The notes beneath the pieces are model-generated. The model saw nothing but the letters and a program-made list of their open reading frames with translations, was not told the DNA's origin and made no database searches. A DNA stretch of 54,641 nt, from assembly GCA_037445735.1 (NCBI GenBank), contig JBBIJY010000020.1, forward strand, positions 1 through 54,641, read 5' to 3'. Position numbers and translations under genes: made by a program. The stretch comes from Armatimonadota bacterium (GTDB taxonomy: Bacteria; Armatimonadota; Fimbriimonadia; Fimbriimonadales; GBS-DC). Shown here piece after piece: positions 37,280-47,559 of this stretch; positions within the stretch are counted from its first letter, which is position 1; each line of letters starts with the position of its first letter.

Positions 37280-37885
37280 TTATCGACCGCTTCGGTCCAG
37301 GATATGGTCGATTATTCCATACTCCTGCGCTTCTTTCGCAGACATAAAGTAGTCGCGCGCGGTGTCCTGTTCGATGCGTTCCAGTGGCTGACCCGTGTGT
37401 TTGTGCAGGATATTGTTGAGGATGTCTTTGTAGCGCAGCACTTCGCGGGCTTGAATTTCGATATCGATGGCGGTGCCCTGGAAGCCTGCGTGAACCTGAT
37501 GGATCATGATTCGGGCGTGTGGCAGGGCGTAGCGTTTGCCGGGCGTGCCACCTGCCAGCAGCACGGCGCCCATGCTGGCTGCCTGCCCCACACAGATGGT
37601 CGCCACATCGGGCTTGATGGCTTGCATCGTGTCGTAGATAGCCAGCCCGGCGCTCACGATGCCCCCGGGTGTATTGATGTACATATCGATATCCTTGTCG
37701 GGGTCCTCCTTCTCCAGAAAGAGCAGTTCCGCGATCACGAGGTTGGCGACCTGGTCATCGATGGGTTCGCCGAGAAAGATGATTCGGTCTTTGAGCAGGC
37801 GCGAATAGATGTCGTAGGCGCGTTCGCCGCGCGCCGTCTGCTCCACCACCATCGGTATCAGCTGACTTCGGATGATTCGGCTCAT
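37280..37885 (-). CDS. clpP: Clp protease proteolytic subunit
   Basis: [25 protein letters not shown]. Confidence 0.98.
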   Translation of the reverse strand: MSRIIRSQLIPMVVEQTARGERAYDIYSRLLKDRIIFLGEPIDDQVANLVIAELLFLEKEDPDKDIDMYINTPGGIVSAGLAIYDTMQAIKPDVATICVGQAASMGAVLLAGGTPGKRYALPHARIMIHQVHAGFQGTAIDIEIQAREVLRYKDILNNILHKHTGQPLERIEQDTARDYFMSAKEAQEYGIIDHILDRSGR

Positions 37886-39168
37886 GGCGTTGCTCCTTCC
37901 TCCCTATTTTGGACGATTGCAAGCAGTTTCTGTACCGTTTTTTCCAGCACCATCTCGTTGCGGAGTCGTCGCGCGAGTTCGGCGTCGTTGAGCATGCGGG
38001 CGCGCTCTTCAGGCGAGCTGGCAATCTGTTGCGCGGCTGTCTGGATCACCGCCTGCACCTCGTCGGGGTTGACCTCGACGCCCTCGCGCTGGGCGATTTC
38101 GAGCAGGATGAAGGTGTTCTGCAGTTTCACGACGGCACGCTGGAGCAGCCGTTCGGTCAGCTGCTCCTGGCTCATGCCCGAATGCTGCAGGAAGTCCTGC
38201 AGGGTGAGATTGTTCGCCTGCAGACGCTCCACCAGCTCCTCCAGCTCCTGTCGCACCTGCTGCTGGATGAGCGTCTGGGGCAGGTGGACGGTGCTGCGCT
38301 GGCGCAGGATGCTCAGCAGTTCGCCCTCGAGCCGTTCGGTTTCGCGCCGTTCCTTGTCAGCGACGATGCTCTGGCGGATGGTTTCGCGCAGTTCGTCGAG
38401 CGTGCTTAGCCCCAGCCGCTGGGCGAACAGGTCATCGAGCGGGGGCAGTTGCGGCGCATGGATCTGCTCCAGAGTGATTTCGACCTGTTTCATCTTGCCC
38501 GCCAGCCGTTCGTCGCTGAAATCTTCGGGGAAGGTGAGCGTGACGGTTCGGGTTTCGCCCTCGCGCATGCCAGCGAGCGTGTTATCCAGCTCGCCGAATG
38601 ATTCGCCCAGAATGACCATATAGCGGCTGGGTGGGGCATCCTCGTCTTCCAGCGAGCGCAGACGGATGACGAGCCGATCCTGAGGTTGCGCAGGGCGGTC
38701 GCTGGCGCGTTTCAGCTCCATCAGCTGCTCCTGAAGCGATTCGAGCGACTGCTGGATTTCCTCATCGGTGGCTTGCTGGGGCGCGCTCTCCAGGCGGATG
38801 TCACGATAGTCGCCCAGTTCCACCTGTGGCGCCAGCGACACCAGCGCCTTGTATCGGAACGGCTCCCCCTCCTGCAGCTGCTCGATTTCGATCTGCGGGG
38901 TGGTGTAGGGCACAAGTGCCTGCTGTTCCAGCGCGGCAGCGAGCGATTCCTCGATGAGCAGGTCGCGGGCGGCGCGACGCACCAGTTCATCGGAGAGGCG
39001 CTGACGCAGCACGCTGATGGGCGCCTGACCGGGGCGGAAGCCTGGCACCTGGATCGCCCTGCCCAGCGTGCGAATGGCGCGTTCAAACGCGCGATTAACA
39101 GCTTCAGGCTCCACCTCGATATGCAGTTGAACATTCACGGGGTCAAGTTGCTGGACAGTGATTTCCAT
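37882..39168 (-). CDS. tig: Trigger factor
   Basis: [10 protein letters not shown] signature; position directly upstream of clpP-clpX. Confidence 0.93.
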   Translation of the reverse strand: MEITVQQLDPVNVQLHIEVEPEAVNRAFERAIRTLGRAIQVPGFRPGQAPISVLRQRLSDELVRRAARDLLIEESLAAALEQQALVPYTTPQIEIEQLQEGEPFRYKALVSLAPQVELGDYRDIRLESAPQQATDEEIQQSLESLQEQLMELKRASDRPAQPQDRLVIRLRSLEDEDAPPSRYMVILGESFGELDNTLAGMREGETRTVTLTFPEDFSDERLAGKMKQVEITLEQIHAPQLPPLDDLFAQRLGLSTLDELRETIRQSIVADKERRETERLEGELLSILRQRSTVHLPQTLIQQQVRQELEELVERLQANNLTLQDFLQHSGMSQEQLTERLLQRAVVKLQNTFILLEIAQREGVEVNPDEVQAVIQTAAQQIASSPEERARMLNDAELARRLRNEMVLEKTVQKLLAIVQNREEGATP

Positions 39169-39187
39169 CGCTCTGCCTCACAAAAGC

Positions 39188-39262
<75 letters not shown>

Positions 39263-39286
39263 TCATGCATGGATTATACCCGATTT

Positions 39287-39372
39287 TGGTGGGCGAGGGG
39301 AGACTCGAACTCCCACGGGCAGGGCCCACCAGATCCTAAGTCTGGCGTGTCTACCAGTTCCACCACTCGCCC
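39287..39372 (-). tRNA. tRNA-Leu(TAG)
   Basis: CCAGA-CT-TAG-GA-TCTGG arm, long variable arm, encoded CCA. Confidence 0.96.
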
Positions 39373-39375
39373 GTC

Positions 39376-39450
39376 TGGTGCCGGGGGTCGGAGTCGAACC
39401 GACGACACCGGGATTTTCAGTCCCGTGCTCTACCACTGAGCTACCCCGGC
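39376..39450 (-). tRNA. tRNA-Phe(GAA)
   Basis: CGGGA-CT-GAA-AA-TCCCG arm, encoded CCA. Confidence 0.96.
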
Positions 39451-39463
39451 AATTCTACCCGGC

Positions 39464-39541
39464 TGGCGGGGCTGACGGGACTTGAACCCGCGACCTCCAG
39501 CGTGACAGGCTGGCGCTCTGACCTGGCTGAGCTACAGCCCC
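39464..39541 (-). tRNA. tRNA-Asp(GTC)
   Basis: CCAGC-CT-GTC-AC-GCTGG arm, encoded CCA. Confidence 0.96.
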
Positions 39542-39558
39542 TGCCCCACACGCAGCGA

Positions 39559-39634
39559 TGGTGGGCGAAGCAGGACTCGAACCTGCGACCTCTTCCTTGT
39601 AAGGGAAGCGCTCTCCCAGCTGAGCTATTCGCCC
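39559..39634 (-). tRNA. tRNA-Val(TAC)
   Basis: CTTCC-CT-TAC-AA-GGAAG arm, encoded CCA. Confidence 0.96.
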
Positions 39635-39652
39635 GGCACGCCGAGCAGGTCT

Positions 39653-39683
39653 ATTATACCACATCATCTTCCCGTGTTGTCAA
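39653..39683 (-). promoter_or_regulatory. Sigma-70 promoter of the tRNA cluster
   Basis: Minus strand TTGACA-N19-TATAAT (the spacer is long). Confidence 0.65.
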
Positions 39684-39691
39684 GGGGTTGG

Positions 39692-39863
39692 TGAGGGTGT
39701 TCGAAAATTCGCAGGCATCCTATCCGCCTGTGTGAAGCCCCCTCACCCGTACCCTCTCCCCCGCATGCGAGGGAGAGGGGCTTCGTTTCTCCCTCTCCCC
39801 TCTGGGGAGAGGGTCGGGGTGAGGGGCATCCTTGCCTCTGGTTGGATTTTTCGAACGGACTCA
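39692..39863. mobile_element. MITE-like element with imperfect terminal inverted repeats and internal palindromic repeats
   Basis: Ends TGAGGGTGTTCGAAAATTC and GATTTTTCGAACGGACTCA; no transposase ORF; encloses CCCTCTCCC hairpins. Confidence 0.6.
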
Positions 39864-40904
39864 GGGGGTTGGTCTATAGGCGCGGCGCAGGCGGTACACA
39901 TACGCCAGCACCTCCGCCACCGCCTGATAGAGCGCCACCGGGATCTCCTGCCCGACCTCCACCTGCGCGTAGAGGCTGCGCGCCAGCGGCGGGTTCGGCA
40001 CGATGGGCACATGCCAGCGCAGCGCTTCCTCCCGAATGCGCCGCGCGAGCCAGCCCCGCCCTTTGGCAACCACACGCGGCGCCCTCATGCTCGCCCGATC
40101 ATAACGCAACGCCACCGCATAGGTCACCGGGTTCGTGACCACCACATCGGCGCGGCGCACATCCATCACCTGCCGTGCACGCGCAATCTGTTGCATCCGC
40201 TGGCGCTGACGCATGCGCACATGAGGGTCGCCCTCCGTCTGGCGGAACTCCTCCAGCAGCTCATAGCGCGACATGCGAATGCTCCGTTCGAACTCCCACC
40301 GCTGATAGAGATAGTCCAGCAGCGCCAGGATCAGCCACAGGACGCCCACGCGCAGCCCGACCTGATAGAGCGCATTCCCGATTGGCGCGAGCGCGTCGGG
40401 CAGGGGCATCCGGGCGGTCGCCATCAGCGCGTCCAGCTCGCCCTGAAGGGTGCGCCACGCCACCCACGCAATCAGCCCGAACTTGAGCAACGCCTTGAGC
40501 AGCTCCACCATCGCCCGCGCCGAGAAGAGCCGCTGGAAGCCCTTGATGGGATCGATGCGGTTCAAATCGGGCTGAAGAGGATGGGCAGAAAGGGTGAAGC
40601 CGACCTGAATCAGGTTGGCGACCAGCGCGACGAGCAGCGCCAGCCCCATGATGGGCGTCAGCATGGCGAGCGCGCTCCACAGCACCGCCTCCGACGGGCG
40701 CATCGAGCCAGCCGCGAGAATGCCGTGCTGAACGGTCAGCAGCAGTCGCTCGCCGCCCCAGCGCAGCACGAGCGGTGTCATCAGCACGAACGCCAGAAAC
40801 ACGCAGGCGGCGTTCACCTCCGCCGAACGCGCCACCTGCCCTTTGCGCCGCGCCTCCTGCCGCCGGCGCGGCGTCGCCTGCTCCGTGCGCTCCTCGTCCG
40901 CCAT
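39861..40904 (-). CDS. flhB: Flagellar export switch protein FlhB
   Basis: ERTEQATPRRRQEARRKGQV, TEGDPHVR, VVTNPVTYAVALRY (NPTH-like site reads NPVT), AVAEVLAYVY. Confidence 0.93.
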   Translation of the reverse strand: MADEERTEQATPRRRQEARRKGQVARSAEVNAACVFLAFVLMTPLVLRWGGERLLLTVQHGILAAGSMRPSEAVLWSALAMLTPIMGLALLVALVANLIQVGFTLSAHPLQPDLNRIDPIKGFQRLFSARAMVELLKALLKFGLIAWVAWRTLQGELDALMATARMPLPDALAPIGNALYQVGLRVGVLWLILALLDYLYQRWEFERSIRMSRYELLEEFRQTEGDPHVRMRQRQRMQQIARARQVMDVRRADVVVTNPVTYAVALRYDRASMRAPRVVAKGRGWLARRIREEALRWHVPIVPNPPLARSLYAQVEVGQEIPVALYQAVAEVLAYVYRLRRAYRPTP

Positions 40905-41012
40905 CTATACCCGATTATCGGCACAGACGAGGCGCTTCTCATCACACCGTTAGCAAACGGGTATATTTAGAGCGATGCCTGTCAGCGTCATTCAGCAGAA
41001 TAGGCAGACCCC

Positions 41013-41222
41013 TGAGGCTGTTCGAAAATTCGCCGTGTCCTGGGACGGGGAACCCGCTCCTGACAAACGAAGCCCGCCTGCGCTGGCTCCCCGTAGCCTG
41101 AGCATCCTGCCCAAACTCAAGCGCAAGATGCGCTTGCTACTTCAGCCGACGCAGGTCGGCTTCGTTGGCACAGGAACGGCTTCAGCCGACTCCCCTCATG
41201 CCTGATTTTTCGAACACCCCCA
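41013..41222. mobile_element. Second MITE-like element with related terminal inverted repeats
   Basis: Ends TGAGGCTGTTCGAAAATTC and GATTTTTCGAACACCCCCA; internal GTAG-type palindromes. Confidence 0.6.
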
Positions 41223-41230
41223 CAGACCCC

Positions 41231-41260
41231 TTGACAAAGCCGTCATCGATGTGCTATAAT
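41231..41260 (+). promoter_or_regulatory. Consensus sigma-70 promoter
   Basis: TTGACA-N18-TATAAT with a TG extended -10. Confidence 0.8.
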
Positions 41261-41311
41261 AATCACATCTTGCCGTATTGGCAGAATGTACACTAAACAG
41301 GATGGAGACTG

Positions 41312-41879
41312 ATGAGACGGTACAACGGTCATGGACTGACGACAGCGCTGCTTGCGCTTGCGATCTGGTTCGCGCCTATCGATGTTTTCTCCCAGTCAGG
41401 CGAGGACTATCGTCCCAAAGCTGGAGACTTCCGCCTCGGATTTAGTACGAACGGTGGCTCCGGCATCTCCTATCTCGACATAGAGGATCTGAAAACAACA
41501 ACCATCTCGCTCGGTTTCGACTATTTCTTCTCCTCGAATTTCTCACTCGGATTGAACCTCGCCTACGCAGATGCACGACTCTCGGATGAGTCTGGAGTTG
41601 AATCTAACAAATCCACTCTATGGGGTGTAGGATTATCTATCTATGCCCCCACCAGCGACGCTACCAATTTCGTCCCGTTCTTCTCAGCATCTTATCTCAG
41701 CTTCGACCTTGGTGAAGATTTTGACACCATTACGGGATTCGGAGCTTCTTGGTGCACACTACTTCGTTAATCGCAATACCTCCATTGATTTTGCAGTAAG
41801 CTATGTGAATCTGCGTGATGGCGGGGCTAAAGCGGACGGGTTTACTGTTGGACTGGGGTTCAGCATCTGGCTCCGTTAA
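41312..41879 (+). pseudogene. Outer-membrane beta-barrel protein, frameshifted near 41740-41750
   Basis: Signal peptide and amphipathic strands (LGFDYFF, WGVGLSIY, FVPFF). The last strands LGAHYFV...GLGFSIWLR lie in a second frame. Confidence 0.75.
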
Positions 41880-41890
41880 TTACTTCTTCA

Positions 41891-41922
41891 AGATGTGGTG
41901 GAGTAACCTCTCCACCACATCT
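41891..41922. terminator. 13-bp hairpin after the beta-barrel gene
   Basis: AGATGTGGTGGAG-taacct-CTCCACCACATCT. Confidence 0.65.
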
Positions 41923-42151
41923 CATCATTAAATAACCATCAAAATCAACTATCTCCTATGCACATAGCAGCATGCAATGCACACTTGGCTCTGCACGCTC
42001 TCACCTGCTACCTAAACCCGATTATCGGCTTTCTCGCAGATTCATCCAGAGGGCAGCCAGCGCCAGCAGCGCTGCGAGCGCGAGCAGAATGCCCGAATGG
42101 TCTGCCGCCAGACCCGCCCACAACGGGTATAATCGCATTAGAGGTGACGCT

Positions 42152-42961
42152 ATGCAGGACCTGTCAATCCGAACGGTTCGTCTGAAGGTGCGTCGGCAGG
42201 ACTCGCCCGACAGCAAGCCCTACTGGCAGGAGTTCGAACTGCCCTACCGCCCCAACCTGAATGTCATCTCCTGCCTGATGGAGATTCAGCGCAAGCCTGT
42301 CGATGCCAGCGGCAAACCGACCTCACCCCCCGCATGGGAAGCGGCTTGCCTCGAAGAGGTGTGCGGCACCTGCACGATGGTCATCAACGGCAAAGTACGG
42401 CAGGCATGCTCCGCCCTGATTGACCATGTTGGCGTTCGCAGGGGCGACACCATCGAAATCACGCTGGAGCCGATGAGCAAGTTCCCCATCGTGCGCGACC
42501 TGATTGTGGATCGCAGCCGAATGTTCGAAGCGCTGAAGAAGATTCAGGCATGGATTCCCATCGATGGCACCCACGATCTGGGTCCGGGTCCGCGCATCGA
42601 CGATCGGGTTCGGGAGCTGCGCTACGCCTTCGCCCGCTGTATGACCTGCGGCTGCTGTATGGAGGCATGCCCGCAATATAACGAGCGGTCAGCGTTTATT
42701 GGTCCAGCACCGCTGACGCAGGTGAAACTGTTTAACCTGCACCCTGTGGGCGCGACGCTGGAGCATGAGCGGCTGGAGGCAATCTCGGGTCCGGAGGGCA
42801 TCACGGGCTGCGGCAACGCGCAGAACTGCGTGAAGGTCTGCCCGAAAGGCATCCCGATCACCCGCGCAATTGCCGAACTCAATCGCGACACGACCATCTA
42901 TCGCCTGAAGAAGTGGCTGGGGCTAATCCCCGACCGCGTAATCGGAGAGGTTGGAGAATAA
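42152..42961 (+). CDS. sdhB: Succinate dehydrogenase iron-sulfur subunit
   Basis: CLEEVCGTC, RQAC, CMTCGCCMEACP, CGNAQNCVKVCP. Confidence 0.95.
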   Translation: MQDLSIRTVRLKVRRQDSPDSKPYWQEFELPYRPNLNVISCLMEIQRKPVDASGKPTSPPAWEAACLEEVCGTCTMVINGKVRQACSALIDHVGVRRGDTIEITLEPMSKFPIVRDLIVDRSRMFEALKKIQAWIPIDGTHDLGPGPRIDDRVRELRYAFARCMTCGCCMEACPQYNERSAFIGPAPLTQVKLFNLHPVGATLEHERLEAISGPEGITGCGNAQNCVKVCPKGIPITRAIAELNRDTTIYRLKKWLGLIPDRVIGEVGE

Positions 42962-42981
42962 TCAATGAGCAGGTGAGAGCC

Positions 42982-43200
42982 ATGCCAAAACGATATCGGG
43001 GCGTTGTTCAGAATGGCGTTGTTATGCTGGAGCCAGGCGCGCAGTTAGCCGATGGTACTCCAGTGGAGGTTGTCGAAGTCGAAACGGCTTTCGCGCCCAA
43101 CTGGGAGATTGCCTGGCGAATGGTGGGCATCGCACGCGATCGTGAACAGTGCTCCGATGTCAGCCAGCGTGTCGATGAGTATCTTTTACAGGAGAAATAG
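42982..43200 (+). CDS. Small DUF104/AF2212-like putative antitoxin
   Basis: MPKRYRGVVQNGVVMLEPGAQLADGTPVEV...SDVSQRVDEYL. Confidence 0.6.
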   Translation: MPKRYRGVVQNGVVMLEPGAQLADGTPVEVVEVETAFAPNWEIAWRMVGIARDREQCSDVSQRVDEYLLQEK

Positions 43201-43203
43201 TGC

Positions 43204-44040
43204 TTGAACCACCGAACCGTGAGAATCCTTATCACCAATGATGATGGGGTTTATGCGGAGGGCATTCGTGTGCTGGCGGCGCGGTTGCGTGCGCTGGGCG
43301 AGGTGTTTATCGTCGCGCCCGATCGCCCCCGCAGCGCGATGGGGCACGCCATCACGCTGCACAAGCCCCTGCGCCTGCATCGCGTGTATCTGTCCGACGG
43401 AACCCTCGCCTACGCCACCAACGGCACGCCGACCGACTGCGTGACGCTGGGTGCGCACGCCGTGATGAACCATCAGGTCGATCTGGTGGTGTCGGGCATC
43501 AATGCGGGTCCCAATCTGGGCTGGGATCTGACCTATTCGGGCACGGTCGCCGCGGCGATTGAGGGCGCGGTGCATGGCATTAACGCCTTCGCCATCTCGC
43601 TGGCAGCCGAAGAAGCACTGCCAGTTGCCCGTGCGAACAACGAACCAGCCACGCCACTCACCCTGCACTACGAAACCGCTGCCGAAGCCGCCTATCGCAT
43701 CGCGCGGGCGTTGAGCCAGCATCACCTGCCCGAACATACCTTCCTGAATGTGAATGTGCCGAACCGACCGCTCAGCGAGATCAAAGGCTTTCAGGTCACC
43801 GCGCTGGGCAAGCGCCAGTATGCCGACCGCATCGAGGAGCGCATCGACCCTGCAGGGCGACCCTACTACTGGCTCAGCGGCAGCCTGATCGAGGAGCGCG
43901 ACCAGCCCGGCACCGATGTGTACGCCGTCGCGCGAGGCTACATCTCCATCACGCCCATCCATCTTGACTTCACCGCGCACGCGCTGATTGCGCCCCTGCG
44001 CGAGTGGTTTGAGAACCTGCAGGAAGAGAATGCCCGCTGA
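43204..44040 (+). CDS. surE: 5'/3'-nucleotidase SurE
   Basis: ILITNDDG, GTPTDCV, VSGINAGPN, YSGTVAAA. Confidence 0.96.
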   Translation: MNHRTVRILITNDDGVYAEGIRVLAARLRALGEVFIVAPDRPRSAMGHAITLHKPLRLHRVYLSDGTLAYATNGTPTDCVTLGAHAVMNHQVDLVVSGINAGPNLGWDLTYSGTVAAAIEGAVHGINAFAISLAAEEALPVARANNEPATPLTLHYETAAEAAYRIARALSQHHLPEHTFLNVNVPNRPLSEIKGFQVTALGKRQYADRIEERIDPAGRPYYWLSGSLIEERDQPGTDVYAVARGYISITPIHLDFTAHALIAPLREWFENLQEENAR

Positions 44041-44080
44041 CGAACTTCGGAAGGCGCGAACTCAACGCTGGAGGTGAACG

Positions 44081-45046
44081 ATGAAAGTGGTGGCGATTCT
44101 GCCTGCGTCGGAGCAGGTGCAGGCGCAGATTGGCATGGTGCGCGCGCTGTTTCAGGGTCATACGGTGGAGCTGGCAACGAACGCCGATGAACTGGATCCG
44201 CACCTGCCCGATGCGGAAGTGCTGATTTCGACCGCATTCACGCCCCTCACGCGCGCGATGCTTCAGCGGGCAAGCCGTTTGCGTTTTATTCAGGTGGCGG
44301 GCGTCGGCACCGACCATGTGGATATCGAGGCGGCGCGCGAGCTGGGCATCACGGTCGCTGCCGTCACGGGCGCGAACACGGTCAGCGTCGCCGAGCATGT
44401 GGTGATGGTCGCGCTCGCATTAATGAGAGGGCTGATCCCCGCGCATAACCAGATGGCGCGGGGCGAGTGGGCGCTGCCCTACTGGATTGCGCACGCACGC
44501 GACCTGCAGGGCAAAACGGTGGGCATCGTCGGCATGGGACGCATCGGGCGCGAGGTCGCCGCACGGCTACTGCCCTTCGGCGTCACGCTCTTCTACTATG
44601 ACGCGCAGCCCCTGACCCCCGATCAGGAAGACGCGCTGGGCGCAACCCTGCTCGATCTGGACAGCCTGCTTGCCGAAAGCGATATTGTGAGCCTGCATCT
44701 GCCGCTGACGCCGGAGACGCGCGGGATACTCCATCGTGAGCGGCTCTTCCGAATGAAGCGGGGCGCGTTCCTCATCAACACGGCGCGGGCGGAGCTGGTG
44801 GACGAGCCGGCTCTTGTGGAAGCGTTGCAGACCCATCTTGGCGGCGCCGCGATCGATGTCTTCTCGCCGGAGCCGCCGCCTCCCGACCATCCCCTGCTGA
44901 AGTTGCCGAATGTGATTTTGACCCCGCACGGCGCGGGTGTCACGCAGGAGGCGCAGGGGCGCATCGCGCAGGGCGTGATCCAGAATGTGCTGCGCTTCAT
45001 CGAAGGTCGCCCGCTCGCCGATGTGGTGGTACAGGGTTCCCGCTGA
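44081..45046 (+). CDS. D-isomer-specific 2-hydroxyacid dehydrogenase
   Basis: GVGTDHVD, GIVGMGRIG, INTARA, DVFSPEP, LTPH. Confidence 0.92.
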   Translation: MKVVAILPASEQVQAQIGMVRALFQGHTVELATNADELDPHLPDAEVLISTAFTPLTRAMLQRASRLRFIQVAGVGTDHVDIEAARELGITVAAVTGANTVSVAEHVVMVALALMRGLIPAHNQMARGEWALPYWIAHARDLQGKTVGIVGMGRIGREVAARLLPFGVTLFYYDAQPLTPDQEDALGATLLDLDSLLAESDIVSLHLPLTPETRGILHRERLFRMKRGAFLINTARAELVDEPALVEALQTHLGGAAIDVFSPEPPPPDHPLLKLPNVILTPHGAGVTQEAQGRIAQGVIQNVLRFIEGRPLADVVVQGSR

Positions 45047-45058
45047 AAGTTATTCTTT

Positions 45059-46105
45059 ATGTGCCCGCAACGGTTCGGTGAGTTATGGCTGGCGCCGGAG
45101 GCGACGGTGGCGGTCATCCAGCGGCTGCTGAGTCGACCGCAGCCGCCCCATGCACTGCTGCTGGTGGGAGCGGAAGGCATTGGCAAGCGCACGCTGGCAT
45201 ACGCCCTTGCCGCCGCGTGGCTCTGCCCGAATCGCACACCCGAGGGGCACTGTACCGCCTGCGCCGTGTGCCTGCGCTGGTCCGAGGAAGGGCAGCACCC
45301 CGATGTGCGCGTGTTGCGCCCCGATCCCGACCAGATTAAAATCGACGCCGTGCGCGAGGTTCGGCAGTGGATGGGCTTTGCGCCCGCGCTCGCACCGTTC
45401 CGAATCGTGATCGTGGAGGAGGCGCACCGTCTGAACCCTGCCGCCGCGAACGCCCTGCTCAAAACGCTGGAGGAGCCGCCCGAACACTATGCCTTCATGT
45501 TGACCGCCACCGCCAGCGACCTGCTGCTGGCAACGATCCGCTCCCGCTGTCGCATCCTTCGACTGGCGACCCTGCCTGTTGACGAACTGGCAGCGCGGTT
45601 GCAGGCGCGGTTCGGGCTGGAGCCAGATCAGGCGCGGCAGCTGGCGACGCTGGCGGAGGGTGCGCCAGGGCGAGCTGTCCGCTGGGCAGAATCGCTCGGC
45701 GAGCCGTCCGCACGCCAGCGCGACTCGGAATGGCACGCCGTGCAGACTCTGCACGCGCTGTTTGCCCACCTTGCGCAGGCATCTTTGCCCGACGCGCTCC
45801 AGCTTGCCGAGCGGTTTCGGGAGGCGTGCAGGCAGTTAGAAGCCAGCACGCCCGACCGCTCCGCACGCAGCGCGCTGGCGCTCGGGCTGGACCACCTGCT
45901 GCGCTGGTATCGCGACAGCCTGGTGAGTGCGCTGCAACAGGAGGCACGCGAATCGCTGATGCAGCTGGCTCGCCGCTTCACGCCCGACCGCCGCCTGCGC
46001 GACCTGACTGCCATCGTGGAGGCGCGCCGCGCCATCCTGCGCAACGCGAACCCCCAGCTGCTCACCGAAACGCTCTTTATCCAGCTGCTAAAAGACGAAA
46101 GCTAA
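45059..46105 (+). CDS. holB: DNA polymerase III delta-prime subunit
   Basis: HALLLVGAEGIGK, Zn-binding Cys motif, HPD, AANALLKTLEEPP, TIRSRC. Confidence 0.93.
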   Translation: MCPQRFGELWLAPEATVAVIQRLLSRPQPPHALLLVGAEGIGKRTLAYALAAAWLCPNRTPEGHCTACAVCLRWSEEGQHPDVRVLRPDPDQIKIDAVREVRQWMGFAPALAPFRIVIVEEAHRLNPAAANALLKTLEEPPEHYAFMLTATASDLLLATIRSRCRILRLATLPVDELAARLQARFGLEPDQARQLATLAEGAPGRAVRWAESLGEPSARQRDSEWHAVQTLHALFAHLAQASLPDALQLAERFREACRQLEASTPDRSARSALALGLDHLLRWYRDSLVSALQQEARESLMQLARRFTPDRRLRDLTAIVEARRAILRNANPQLLTETLFIQLLKDES

Positions 46106-46119
46106 CGCTCCACCACCGA

Positions 46120-47529
46120 TCAGCGCCCGGCTCGCTCCAACTCCTGCAGCTGGCGGTTAATCTCCACAATCTGGCGGTCTATATCCTCAAGCAAAATCTC
46201 CATCCACACTCGTCCCAGGTAAGCGCGTACAATCCGATCCGACTCCTGCTCCCACTGCGAACGCACCGCCTCCGCATACGCCAGAGCCCGCCCACGCGCC
46301 ACGCCCCAACGCGCAGGATACACCAAACAGTAGTACAGCGCCGCTGCCGCCTCACGCCGTACCTCTACAGAGCGATCCTTCGCCAAAAACGGCTCCAACG
46401 CTGACAACCATACCTCAAAAGCCTCCAACGAGGATTGATATATACGCCCGCTATAAAACCGCAACATCACCCTCAATCCATAGGCTTGCAATAACGGCTC
46501 CGATAAACCCTGCAAAAAGGTAAGATACTCTGCTTGCTGCCGCGCATATGCCCGACCACCCGGTTCCTTGTCCTTGAATCGGGTCTCCTTCTCTTCTGGA
46601 GCAAAGAACCAGTAGACCAGTGCCCGCTGACGCTTCCACAACGGTAAACTCTTGTCCTGCACCCGTTGCTTTACCCACGCTAACCGTACCGAACGCTCTT
46701 CGGGTAACTGGTAGAACCTCGCTTCCTCGTCCAGTATTTGCAGCACTTCCGCAGGCGGCGACACAATTCGCCGGGTCGGCTCCTGCACCACCTCCCATGC
46801 CTGCAGATAACGCTGGGAAAAAATTGTCTTCGCATGGTACAGCACATCGTCAGGTAGACTCCATCGTGGTATGCGCCAGCATTCGGGTGTGTCCAGCACC
46901 CACCAGTAATCGCTCAGGTTCTCTGAAAGGTACGATGCGGTAGACAAATAATCTCCCGATTTGGGAAGAGGAACCAACTCATAGACTAGACACACCTGCC
47001 CTACCTGCCAGATCGAATCCGCGGCGACTTCTCTTCCGTCCCTGAGGCGTTTGCACGCCACCCACAGCAATGGAAGCACATTTCCTGCGCGTACCCGAAA
47101 CGGCTTGGGTGGATCGTGGAGCCACTCTTTATGCCAGACTTTCAGCACGCGCGCCTGCACTTCGTAGTAGTGCAGCTCAGGTCGGGAGCCTGGGTAGGCT
47201 CGCAACACCTCGCTGTCTACCCGACGCACTGCTTCCACCTTCACCAGGGCGATATAACCGTGCGGAGGCAGAGGAGCCTGAGGCAGGTTTGTTTGCGTCA
47301 GACGACGGGTTTCCAGATAGTCTCTGGCTTCCATGTCGCGCTCCACATCGCCGCTGCTTCGCGCGAGCTCCAGGATAGCTTCTTTCTGCTGTTCGAGCGC
47401 TGCTTTTTGCTGGAGCAGTTGCTCCCGCAGATTGGCAGAGGCGCTCTCGTTCGGTTGAGCGCTGGCTCCCTGCGTCCACAGCCCTATTGTGATGGCTACA
47501 ATCCACAAAATCCATTCTCTCATAGACAT
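46120..47529 (-). CDS. Exported hypothetical protein with coiled-coil ends and a helical-repeat-like C-terminal half
   Basis: 469-aa ORF with signal peptide MSMREWILWIVAITIGLWTQGASA/Q and RBS GAGGTG; no recognised family. Confidence 0.8.
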   Translation of the reverse strand: MSMREWILWIVAITIGLWTQGASAQPNESASANLREQLLQQKAALEQQKEAILELARSSGDVERDMEARDYLETRRLTQTNLPQAPLPPHGYIALVKVEAVRRVDSEVLRAYPGSRPELHYYEVQARVLKVWHKEWLHDPPKPFRVRAGNVLPLLWVACKRLRDGREVAADSIWQVGQVCLVYELVPLPKSGDYLSTASYLSENLSDYWWVLDTPECWRIPRWSLPDDVLYHAKTIFSQRYLQAWEVVQEPTRRIVSPPAEVLQILDEEARFYQLPEERSVRLAWVKQRVQDKSLPLWKRQRALVYWFFAPEEKETRFKDKEPGGRAYARQQAEYLTFLQGLSEPLLQAYGLRVMLRFYSGRIYQSSLEAFEVWLSALEPFLAKDRSVEVRREAAAALYYCLVYPARWGVARGRALAYAEAVRSQWEQESDRIVRAYLGRVWMEILLEDIDRQIVEINRQLQELERAGR

Positions 47530-47559
47530 TCACCTCACTGAGTTTGTCCGCTGCTGTGC

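Noticed and set aside
39732-40970. 412-aa plus-strand ORF and 76-108 aa ORFs around the MITE-like elements as transposases
   Set aside because: They are antisense to flhB or translations of repeat DNA, with no DDE or HUH motifs.
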